A stretch of DNA of 34,872 nucleotides from Bacteroidota bacterium. GTDB lineage: Bacteria; Bacteroidota; Bacteroidia; Bacteroidales; UBA10428. Position 1 is the first letter of the stretch. Each line of letters starts with the position of its first letter. The DNA lies in NCBI GenBank assembly GCA_017860375.1, contig JAGDMB010000002.1:1-34872 (forward strand), written 5' to 3'. Below the pieces are notes generated by a model, which saw only the letters and a program-made list of their open reading frames with translations, had not been told where the DNA came from and made no database searches. The position numbers and the translations under genes are program-made. Of this stretch, positions 8,406 to 16,269 are shown in pieces.

Positions 8406-8825
8406 TTATATTTCCAGCAAAATCCTCATCTCGCATTCCGCAATAACGGAAGCGTTCCAGAAGATCTTTCCCGTTACAATCGTATAGCCAAGCAGTTCGT
8501 TTTCAACAACGATCTCGGAATGGATTTCAGTGTTGACAGCTGGCAGGGAATGAATGATCAGGTTCTTGATGGCTCCGATATACCCCCTGGATACCGCTTT
8601 CTTTGCAGACAATTGTTGATAACCCGTGTAAGCAGCTGCCGTCTGTGCGATGCATTCCATGAGACCCGATTCCTGCAGACAACCGTTATGGCACAAGACG
8701 TTGGAATCCAGAATAAAAAGGCGACCGCTGGCTGATTTCTCAGAACAACCGGTTAACGTGTCGACCATGACAAATGGCGGACGCTGGGGGATCAGATCGA
8801 GAATCGAATATTCTTCCAGTTTCAT
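8406..8825 (-). CDS. Hotdog-fold dehydratase (ApeI/ApeP-type partner)
   Basis: LIPQRPPFVMVD (FabZ N-terminal motif) and CHNGCLQESGLMECIAQTAA (His ... Glu-x-x-A-Q). 139 aa. Confidence 0.7.
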   Translation of the reverse strand: MKLEEYSILDLIPQRPPFVMVDTLTGCSEKSASGRLFILDSNVLCHNGCLQESGLMECIAQTAAAYTGYQQLSAKKAVSRGYIGAIKNLIIHSLPAVNTEIHSEIVVENELLGYTIVTGKIFWNASVIAECEMRILLEI

Positions 8826-8865
8826 GGGCCGTTGAAATGATTGTAAAGGGCTTGGTATTAAAATA

Positions 8866-10224
8866 TCATCTTACCAGGAATTCCCAGAGCGGGCCTTTTT
8901 TATTTCTTTTTCTCATCCTGAGCATGATCTCCGACAGGTCTTCGTCGGGAAATATCCATGGTTTTCCTGACTGCTTTGCCTTCGGTTTAAGGGTTGATGT
9001 GTCGATGTCTTTTGACACATAATAAACCGGTTCAAGAAGGGGATCTTCCTTTTGAACAATGCCTTCGCGGAGTGCAATGCTGTGAAGCCGGGTGCCTGGA
9101 TATATACGCATTCCGATGAAAGGAAAAAAGGCGGTGTGTTGTATCCTTTTTGAATTTTCAAAGGTTTCGTCAAGGGTCTGTTCGGTTTCGCCATATCCTC
9201 CAAGGATAAGAAAGTGGGCAAAATCGATCGCAAGCGTATTGCAGATCTCCGAAATGGCGAGAATATCCGCTACGGTAAAAGGTTTTCCATAGTTTCTGAG
9301 CATGGTGTCCGATAGCGATTCAGTGCCAAATTCAATATGCCGGAGACCGGCTTTTTTTAGCTTCTCAAGGAGGTTAAAGTCAATATTCGTGAAATTAAAA
9401 TATCCCCCCCATTGAATCTTTAATCTGGCGGCAATTAAGCGGTCCGCAAGGTCATGGTTAAAAGTATTGTGGATATTAAAGACAGAGTCCGTAAAAAAAA
9501 CATAATCAATTCCTTTATTGAAATACAGGTCCGACAGTGTTTTTACAATTTGTTCCGGATCGAGGGTACGCACGGTGTGACCTTCTATCAGGGGGTATGT
9601 GCAATAGATACATTTGTAAGGACAGCCACGTTTGGTTTGTATGTTCAGCATCCCGCTGTTTTGCCAGTAATAATCAACAAGCGCATTATCAAACGTCAAG
9701 ACCGGAGATTTGAAATGGTTTGTTCTGTTGTTTACCGTCACTTTCTCATTATGCCGGTAAAGCAAACCATCAATGCCTTTATAATCCTGCCCGCTTTCCA
9801 AGGCTTCGATTAACTGATGCAGGCTGATCTCTCCTTCACCGTAAATGCCAAAATCGGGATTCAGGGTTTCGTATAACTGCTTTGGATAAATGGAAAAACC
9901 GGCACCCCCGATAATAATTTTAGACCGGCTGTATTTCCGCGTGTGGACCATGATCTGATGATAATGCGCAATAAAGCTTTCCTGCCTGTATATATTGACA
10001 TCATCAATGTTCCGAAGGGATATCCCTACATAATCAGGCTGGACATCACAGAGCAGTGCTGCATATTCCTCAAAGGACCCTGTCATAAAGTCGAAGAGGC
10101 GGATCTCCAAATCCGGCATTTGTTCAGCCAGGTATGCTTTCAGATAAGAAATTCCAAGCGGATAAACGGGGTATGGCACGGAATACCTGTTTGCTGAAAC
10201 CAGAATCAGTTTTTTACGGCTCAT
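8866..10224 (-). CDS. B12-binding-domain radical SAM enzyme (class B rSAM)
   Basis: The N-terminal ~130 aa form a Rossmann-like B12-binding-type domain (KLILVSAN..., KIIIGGAG). CX3CX2C at Cys201/205/208 (RGCPYKCIYCTYP, nt 9601-9627 on the complement). The start overlaps the upstream acyltransferase gene by 11 nt. Confidence 0.85.
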   Translation of the reverse strand: MSRKKLILVSANRYSVPYPVYPLGISYLKAYLAEQMPDLEIRLFDFMTGSFEEYAALLCDVQPDYVGISLRNIDDVNIYRQESFIAHYHQIMVHTRKYSRSKIIIGGAGFSIYPKQLYETLNPDFGIYGEGEISLHQLIEALESGQDYKGIDGLLYRHNEKVTVNNRTNHFKSPVLTFDNALVDYYWQNSGMLNIQTKRGCPYKCIYCTYPLIEGHTVRTLDPEQIVKTLSDLYFNKGIDYVFFTDSVFNIHNTFNHDLADRLIAARLKIQWGGYFNFTNIDFNLLEKLKKAGLRHIEFGTESLSDTMLRNYGKPFTVADILAISEICNTLAIDFAHFLILGGYGETEQTLDETFENSKRIQHTAFFPFIGMRIYPGTRLHSIALREGIVQKEDPLLEPVYYVSKDIDTSTLKPKAKQSGKPWIFPDEDLSEIMLRMRKRNKKGPLWEFLVR

Positions 10225-11113
10225 TTGCTTCCCAGAAATTGTAATAATTAAACCACTGAGAGGGATACTTCCGCAGGGTACGTTCCAAAACGTAAATATA
10301 ATCTTTTATTATGGTTTGAATGGTCTGGTCTCTTTTCTGCTGTATGCCTTGCTGTTGATAAAGACGGGGAGGTGTGGCAAAGAAATGATAATGTGAAGCC
10401 GAATCTTTCATGGCAAAAACAAACGATACCGGCACATGGAATTTCATTGCCAGGTAAAAAGGACCTGTAGGAAAATTTGCTTTTTCGCCAAGGAATTCAA
10501 CAGACAGGGTTTTGCTTCCCTTTACAAATCTGTCGCCGTGAATACAGACCAGTTGTTTTTCACGGAAGGCTTTGTTGATCTCATAAATATGGGAATTGTC
10601 CTCTTTGATGGCAATGACATTGAATTTCCGGCGGGTAACCGAATCAAGATAGTACTTGATTTTTTCATGTTCTGCATCGAACATTATGATATTGACCTCG
10701 GTTTCCAGCCTTTCGAGCATATTGCCGGCCATTTCAAAATTGCCTATATGGGCACTTATCAGTAATCCTCCCGTTCTGTCTGCCACTATTTTTCTGAGGT
10801 GTTCTTCGCCTTCGTAGGTAAAGGAGAATTTTACCGGAAATCCGGCCATGACAGCAACTTTATCCAGCAATACCTGACCGAACACATAATAGTTCTTATA
10901 CACCATCTGCAGGGAATGGAAAAAGCCATATGCAAATCTTTTCCGGTAGAATGGATAGATCGCTTTAAATGCTTTTGGCAGGAACAGGAAAAAATAGAGG
11001 GCAACAAAACGCAAAAGAAAGTATGCAAAGGGCAGACCGGTGTATTTAAGCAGGGCAAAAAAAATCTTATAACCTGCTAAACCGCCGCGTGTTTTACCTT
11101 TCCAGGAAGCCAC
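10214..11113 (-). CDS. LpxL/HtrB-family (lipid A late-type / lysophospholipid) acyltransferase
   Basis: N-terminal TM anchor. SAHIGNFE (H-x4-E, compare LpxL HxxxxD/E). ~300 aa. GTG start 6 nt after the ACP stop. Confidence 0.7.
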   Translation of the reverse strand: MASWKGKTRGGLAGYKIFFALLKYTGLPFAYFLLRFVALYFFLFLPKAFKAIYPFYRKRFAYGFFHSLQMVYKNYYVFGQVLLDKVAVMAGFPVKFSFTYEGEEHLRKIVADRTGGLLISAHIGNFEMAGNMLERLETEVNIIMFDAEHEKIKYYLDSVTRRKFNVIAIKEDNSHIYEINKAFREKQLVCIHGDRFVKGSKTLSVEFLGEKANFPTGPFYLAMKFHVPVSFVFAMKDSASHYHFFATPPRLYQQQGIQQKRDQTIQTIIKDYIYVLERTLRKYPSQWFNYYNFWEANEP

Positions 11114-11119
11114 ATTGAA

Positions 11120-11368
11120 TTATTTCTTATGATAAAAGGTGTCGATATAATCGTAAAGATTTTGGAGGGTATGAATGGCAGTCATTTCTTCACCCTTCAG
11201 GGTCAATCCAAACTCTTTCTGGACAATTACTGCAATATCCACAAAATCGAGACTTTCAAGGCCAAGATCATTTTTCAGATGCGCACCGGGAGATATCTTT
11301 GATCCCTCAATCTCAAATTCCTCCACTAAAAAATCATTTATCTTATTCTCAATATCTTCCCTCTTCAT
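11120..11368 (-). CDS. Acyl carrier protein
   Basis: 82 aa, with a NDLGLESLDFVDI Ser attachment motif. Confidence 0.9.
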   Translation of the reverse strand: MKREDIENKINDFLVEEFEIEGSKISPGAHLKNDLGLESLDFVDIAVIVQKEFGLTLKGEEMTAIHTLQNLYDYIDTFYHKK

Positions 11369-11389
11369 AGGATAAAAATAAACGCAAAG

Positions 11390-12610
11390 TTAATGATACT
11401 TTTTAATAATCAAACATGAATTGGTTCCGCCGAATCCAAAGGAATTCGATAAGAAGGTATTGATTTCTCTGGGAGTTGTTTCCCTGACAATGTTCAGTTT
11501 GGAGGTAAATTCATCCGTTTCCTCTAAATTGATGTTGGGTGCAATAAAGGAATGTTGCATCATCAGCATTGAGTACACGATCTCACTGGCACCGGCCATC
11601 CACATTTCATGACCCGTCATCGATTTGGTGGAGGAAACAAGGGGCTTTTGCCGGCCAAAGATATGATCAATGGCTTTCGCTTCATTTTGATCTCCTATGG
11701 GAGTTGAGGTGGCATGGGCATTTATATAGTCAATCTGAGAAGGGTCGATGGAAGCATTTTTTAGTGCCATGGTAATAGCACGGATCGGACCATCCACATC
11801 AGGAACGGAAATGTGAAGCCCGTCAGAGGAAAAGCCATAGCCGGTTACTTCGGCAAGAATGGTAGCTCCTCTTTTCATCGCATGTTCGAGGTCCTCGAGT
11901 ATTAAAGTAGCAGCTCCGCCACTGGGGACCAATCCATCCCTCTTTTTGTCAAAAGGCCTGGATGCTTTTTCGGGCTCTGATTCGAGTTTTGAAAAAGCGC
12001 CCAGTGCATCGAAACTGCCTACACAAAAATGATTGGTTTCCTGTGATCCTCCGCAAATAACAATATTCTGGTACCCGTGCCGGATCATCATATATCCCAG
12101 GCCAATGGCATGGGATCCACTGGCACACGCTCCGCTGACGGTGAAATTAATGCCTTTAAGGTGAAAAATTACGGATAAATTCATGGTCACCGATGAGTTC
12201 ATCGACTGAAAAACGGATCCTGAGCCAACCAATGAGGTGTCTTTTTTTTCACGGATGATGTCGGCACATTCAATTACCGCGGGTGTGGAACTGTCGTTGC
12301 CAAAAAGAATGCCCACTTCATTCTGATCAAGGTATTCTTTTGTGATGCCGGCCGATTTAAGCGCCTCAACGGTTGACATATAGGCGTATTCAGCGTGTTC
12401 GGGCATACAAACGCGGGACCGCCGGTCGAGGATACCCTTCAGGACAGGTCTCTCCACTTTGCCGGTTAATCCCGACTGGTAACCCATGGCCTTTCTCTCC
12501 GGATCGAGAACAACACCTGATCTTCCATTTATAAGAGAGTCTTTCACTTCACTGAGGTTCTTTCCAATGGAAGAATAAATGCCTGTACCCGTAATAACTA
12601 CCCTTTTCAT
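11390..12610 (-). CDS. Beta-ketoacyl-ACP synthase I/II-like (KS; ApeR/FabF-like)
   Basis: SGACASGSHAIG (Cys), NAHATSTPIGD (His), MTGHEMWMAG (His), SNSFGFGGTN. Confidence 0.92.
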   Translation of the reverse strand: MKRVVITGTGIYSSIGKNLSEVKDSLINGRSGVVLDPERKAMGYQSGLTGKVERPVLKGILDRRSRVCMPEHAEYAYMSTVEALKSAGITKEYLDQNEVGILFGNDSSTPAVIECADIIREKKDTSLVGSGSVFQSMNSSVTMNLSVIFHLKGINFTVSGACASGSHAIGLGYMMIRHGYQNIVICGGSQETNHFCVGSFDALGAFSKLESEPEKASRPFDKKRDGLVPSGGAATLILEDLEHAMKRGATILAEVTGYGFSSDGLHISVPDVDGPIRAITMALKNASIDPSQIDYINAHATSTPIGDQNEAKAIDHIFGRQKPLVSSTKSMTGHEMWMAGASEIVYSMLMMQHSFIAPNINLEETDEFTSKLNIVRETTPREINTFLSNSFGFGGTNSCLIIKKYH

Positions 12611-12634
12611 ACTGCCGCAAGATATTGGATATTA

Positions 12635-13369
12635 TTATGTATAAAGTCCACCATTGACTGAGATTACTTCCCCGGTTATATAGGATGCTTTTTCCGATGC
12701 CAGAAAACAGACTACTTCAGCCACTTCTTCCGGCAATCCGAAACGGTTAAGCGGAATCAGGTTTTTTAATTCGGCCTCGTTCAGGTCCTTTGTCATATCC
12801 GTCCTTATAAAGCCGGGCGCCACGGCATTCACCGTTACATTCTTTTTGCCGATCTCCTGGGCCAGTGCTTTGGTTGCTCCGATCAAGGCGGCTTTTGCCG
12901 CGGAATAATTTACCTGTCCCGGCAGACCTTTCAGGCCCGATAGCGATACAATATTCACGATGCGACCGTATTTATTGACCAGCATGTTTTTTATCAGGAA
13001 CCGTGTGACATAAAAAAAACTATTCAGATTGGTATGGATGACATCATTCCAGTGACTGTCCTCCATCCACATGAGAAGAATATCCTTACGGATTCCTGCA
13101 TTGTTAATCAAAACCTCAACAGTTGCCTCCCTGTTTTCATCCTGCCATTTGCCCAAAGCGTCGCTCACCTGAACGGGATCGGAAACGTCAAATGGCAAAA
13201 GTTCCCCGCTGCCTCCGGCTTCTTTTATCAGGGAAAGGGTTTGCATGGCTTCTGCCTCGTTTGACTTATAATTCACAAGAATAGGATATCCCAGCGAAAC
13301 CATTTTAACGGATATGGCCCTGCCTATGCCTCTTGAACCACCGGTAACTAATGCATATTTCATTATCAA
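12635..13369 (-). CDS. 3-oxoacyl-ACP reductase (SDR, FabG-like ketoreductase)
   Basis: TGGSRGIG cofactor motif, NNAG, and the Y-x3-K catalytic pair (NYSAAKAA). The start may be 13363 (MKYALV) rather than 13369. Confidence 0.92.
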   Translation of the reverse strand: MIMKYALVTGGSRGIGRAISVKMVSLGYPILVNYKSNEAEAMQTLSLIKEAGGSGELLPFDVSDPVQVSDALGKWQDENREATVEVLINNAGIRKDILLMWMEDSHWNDVIHTNLNSFFYVTRFLIKNMLVNKYGRIVNIVSLSGLKGLPGQVNYSAAKAALIGATKALAQEIGKKNVTVNAVAPGFIRTDMTKDLNEAELKNLIPLNRFGLPEEVAEVVCFLASEKASYITGEVISVNGGLYT

Positions 13370-13377
13370 TCAAAACA

Positions 13378-14925
13378 TTAATTATTCACTTCGTGAACAA
13401 AATGGGTGCAAAGGTAATCATTAATCTTCCGAATTTCAATATATTTCACTGTATCCTCCTCAAACCTGGGAACCAGGTTCCGGAATTGCATATAGGCATT
13501 TCTTGTTCGTGAGGACAAACGGTTTTCAACAGTGAGATAGTCAATGGCCTGGATAAGGCTAAGCATTTCAACAGAAAGTACCTGGTACGTATTTTCAATG
13601 ACTTTTTTTGCCAGCAGGGCGGAATTGGTTCCCATGCTGACCACATCCTGATTATCGTTGTTGTTGGGAATGCTGTGAATGTAATTGGGGTAAGACAAGG
13701 ACTGGTTTTCAGCCACGGTAGACACAGCCGTAAACTGGGCTCCCTGCATACCAAAGTTAACACCCAGTTTTCCAAGGTTTACAAAAGGCGGAAGCTTGCC
13801 ATTCAGTTTGTCATTCATCATGTAGTTGATCTGCCTTTCCATGAGTATGGAAAGCTTTGTCATGGCAATTTTCATTTTATCCATTTCAAAGGAGATATAA
13901 TCACCATGAAAGTTACCGCCGTGAAATATGTTCTGATTGGCGTCATCAATCATGGGATTGTCACAGGATGAATTGGCTTCATTCAGCAACACCTTTTCGG
14001 ATTGCTCAAGGGTTTCAAGGATGGGGCCCAAAATTTGGGGAACACAGCGTATGGAATAATATTCCTGCACCTTGTCCGCTATGATATATTTGTCGTCAAG
14101 TTTATGATTATAAAAATGATCTTCCCGCTTGCGGATTAATTTGCTGTCGGAAAGAATTTTGCGGATTGCCGCGGCGATGGTATTTTGCCCCTCATGCAGC
14201 TTGACCTGGTTGAGTTCTTTTGAAAAACTGTCGTCGAAAGACCGGACAATCTCATTGATTGTGGCACAAACCAGCAAAGACCAGGAGAGGATATTTTTTG
14301 CATGGATCAGGTTAACGATACCGGTACCGGTCATAAAACAGGTTCCATTGATCAGGGACAATCCTTCACGCAGGTGAACCGAAATGGGCTTAAGATTGTA
14401 TTGCCGGAAGGCTTTGCCGGTATCAACAAGGGCGCCGTCACAATATACTTCCCCTTCCCCTATTAAAGCAAGGGCAACATGAGCAAGCTGCACCAGATCT
14501 CCGCTGGCGCCGACTCCGCCATGTTCAGGAACCATGGGAGTAATCCCATGATTGATCATTGCGGCAATTAATTCCACTACCTCGGGATGAATTCCGGAAT
14601 GTCCCTGTAAAAAATTATTCAACAGCACAATCAGAACAGAACGAACGTACAACGGATCAACAGGCTGACCGCTTCCGGACGCATGGCTTCTTATGGCATT
14701 GTACTGTAGACGGATCCGGTCGGCTTCGTCAATTCTGTATTGAGCCATGGGACCGAGCCCTGTGTTAATCCCATAAATTATCTTATCCTGGTGAAAAGAT
14801 TGAAGAAAATTGAAATTCTTGATTATTCTGCTTTTAACCGAATCAGGGATCTCTATTTTGGAATCTCCGTATAAAATCTTTTGAAAATCATCCGCAGTTA
14901 TCCTGCGCTCACCTATATTCAGCAT
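13378..14925 (-). CDS. MIO-dependent aromatic amino acid ammonia-lyase (HAL/PAL/TAL family; FlxA-like)
   Basis: GGVGASGDLVQLAH (Ala-Ser-Gly MIO triad), YGINTGLG, NQDVVSMG. 515 aa. Confidence 0.9.
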   Translation of the reverse strand: MLNIGERRITADDFQKILYGDSKIEIPDSVKSRIIKNFNFLQSFHQDKIIYGINTGLGPMAQYRIDEADRIRLQYNAIRSHASGSGQPVDPLYVRSVLIVLLNNFLQGHSGIHPEVVELIAAMINHGITPMVPEHGGVGASGDLVQLAHVALALIGEGEVYCDGALVDTGKAFRQYNLKPISVHLREGLSLINGTCFMTGTGIVNLIHAKNILSWSLLVCATINEIVRSFDDSFSKELNQVKLHEGQNTIAAAIRKILSDSKLIRKREDHFYNHKLDDKYIIADKVQEYYSIRCVPQILGPILETLEQSEKVLLNEANSSCDNPMIDDANQNIFHGGNFHGDYISFEMDKMKIAMTKLSILMERQINYMMNDKLNGKLPPFVNLGKLGVNFGMQGAQFTAVSTVAENQSLSYPNYIHSIPNNNDNQDVVSMGTNSALLAKKVIENTYQVLSVEMLSLIQAIDYLTVENRLSSRTRNAYMQFRNLVPRFEEDTVKYIEIRKINDYLCTHFVHEVNN

Positions 14926-15114
14926 TTAGACAATATTTGTGTTAATGAGGTGTTGAAAATATATTCCCGTATTAAAGGTCAATAAATGCTGCAAAATAAT
15001 AAAAAAACAGCTTATTATGCTAATTGTTTGCAGAATTACCCTTCTTTTTTGGGTTTAAATTAATTTGTTAACTTGCACCCTCCATCATTACTGATAAACC
15101 GGGGACAAGCGGGA

Positions 15115-16266
15115 ATGAAAACCTGTGTAATAATTCCAACCTACAACAACGGAACAACGCTTGAAGGAGTAATATCAGAGGTCCTGAAAATATCAATGGA
15201 TATAATTGTGGTAAATGACGGTTCGACGGACAATACAGCCTTGATTTTACAGAAATTTAACTCCCTGAAAACCCTGTCCTATGCGGTCAACAAAGGCAAG
15301 GGATATGCCATCCGGAAAGGATTTGAGATCGCAATAGCAGAAGGATATACCTATGCCATTACAATCGATTCGGATGGACAGCATTATGCCGGTGATATCC
15401 CTCTTTTTATTCAAAAAGTACAGGAGGAGCCGCATTCGTTGATCGTGGGTGCACGAAACCTTGTCCGTACAACCATTTCCGAATCCAGCAGTTTTGCCAA
15501 CCGGTTTTCCAACTTCTGGTATCGCTTGATTACCGGGATATCGCTGCCGGATACCCAGTCGGGTTTCCGGTTATATCCGCTTGAATTGATAAAGGAAATG
15601 CGTTTTTATACGCGCAAATACGAATTTGAGCTTGAAGTACTTGTCAGGGCGGCGTGGAATGATATAAAAATCAGCAGTGTGCCCATTCGGGTTTATTATC
15701 CGCCAAAAAAGGAAAGGGTCAGTCATTTCAGACCTTTTAAGGATTTTACCCGGATAAGCTTGCTGAATACCCTGTTCGTTATCATTTCATTGCTGTATAT
15801 TAAACCCTTTTCTTTTTTAAAATACCTGACCAGGGAAAATATCCGGAATTTTGTCACTAAACATATCCTGCTGACCGATGAAACCAATTTTAATATTGCA
15901 ATGGCAGTGGCGTTTGGCGTATTTATGGGCATCATTCCGATATGGGGATTGCAGCTGATAACGGCCATTGCCCTGGCGCATCTGTTTAAACTTAGTAAAT
16001 TCATCGTGATTGTTGCAGCCAACATCAGCATTCCGCCCATGATACCGTTTATTTTGTACGCCAGTTATATAACGGGGGGAATTCTTATGGGAACCGGAAC
16101 CAATATGCGGTTTAGCAGGGACCTGACCGTCCCGTCCTTCGAAAACAATGTATTGCAATACATCCTGGGAAGTATTGTGTTTGCTGTTATTATGGGAATC
16201 GCGACGGGAATAGCCTCCTATATTTTCGTGTCAAACCTGCGAAAAAAGCATACGGTGAATAATTAA
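15115..16266 (+). CDS. Family 2 glycosyltransferase fused to a DUF2062-type polytopic membrane domain
   Basis: CVIIPTYNNG, VNDGSTD and DSDGQH (GT2 DxD region), then ~130 aa of TM helices. Preferred start is ATG 15115 (MKTCVII); the track ORF starts at TTG 15073. Confidence 0.85.
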   Translation: MKTCVIIPTYNNGTTLEGVISEVLKISMDIIVVNDGSTDNTALILQKFNSLKTLSYAVNKGKGYAIRKGFEIAIAEGYTYAITIDSDGQHYAGDIPLFIQKVQEEPHSLIVGARNLVRTTISESSSFANRFSNFWYRLITGISLPDTQSGFRLYPLELIKEMRFYTRKYEFELEVLVRAAWNDIKISSVPIRVYYPPKKERVSHFRPFKDFTRISLLNTLFVIISLLYIKPFSFLKYLTRENIRNFVTKHILLTDETNFNIAMAVAFGVFMGIIPIWGLQLITAIALAHLFKLSKFIVIVAANISIPPMIPFILYASYITGGILMGTGTNMRFSRDLTVPSFENNVLQYILGSIVFAVIMGIATGIASYIFVSNLRKKHTVNN

Positions 16267-16269
16267 CCT

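Noticed and set aside
8349-8735. 128-aa plus-strand ORF opposite the 8406-8825 dehydratase gene.
   Set aside because: The minus-strand product carries FabZ-type motifs (PQRPPFVMVD, ECIAQ) and the plus-strand product has none, so it is a shadow ORF.
14996-15018. 7-bp inverted repeat ATAATAA-N9-TTATTAT in the divergent intergenic region between the ammonia-lyase and GT2 genes. It could be an operator.
   Set aside because: It is an A/T-only repeat in an AT-rich spacer, so a chance occurrence is likely. There is no regulator gene in the locus to pair it with.
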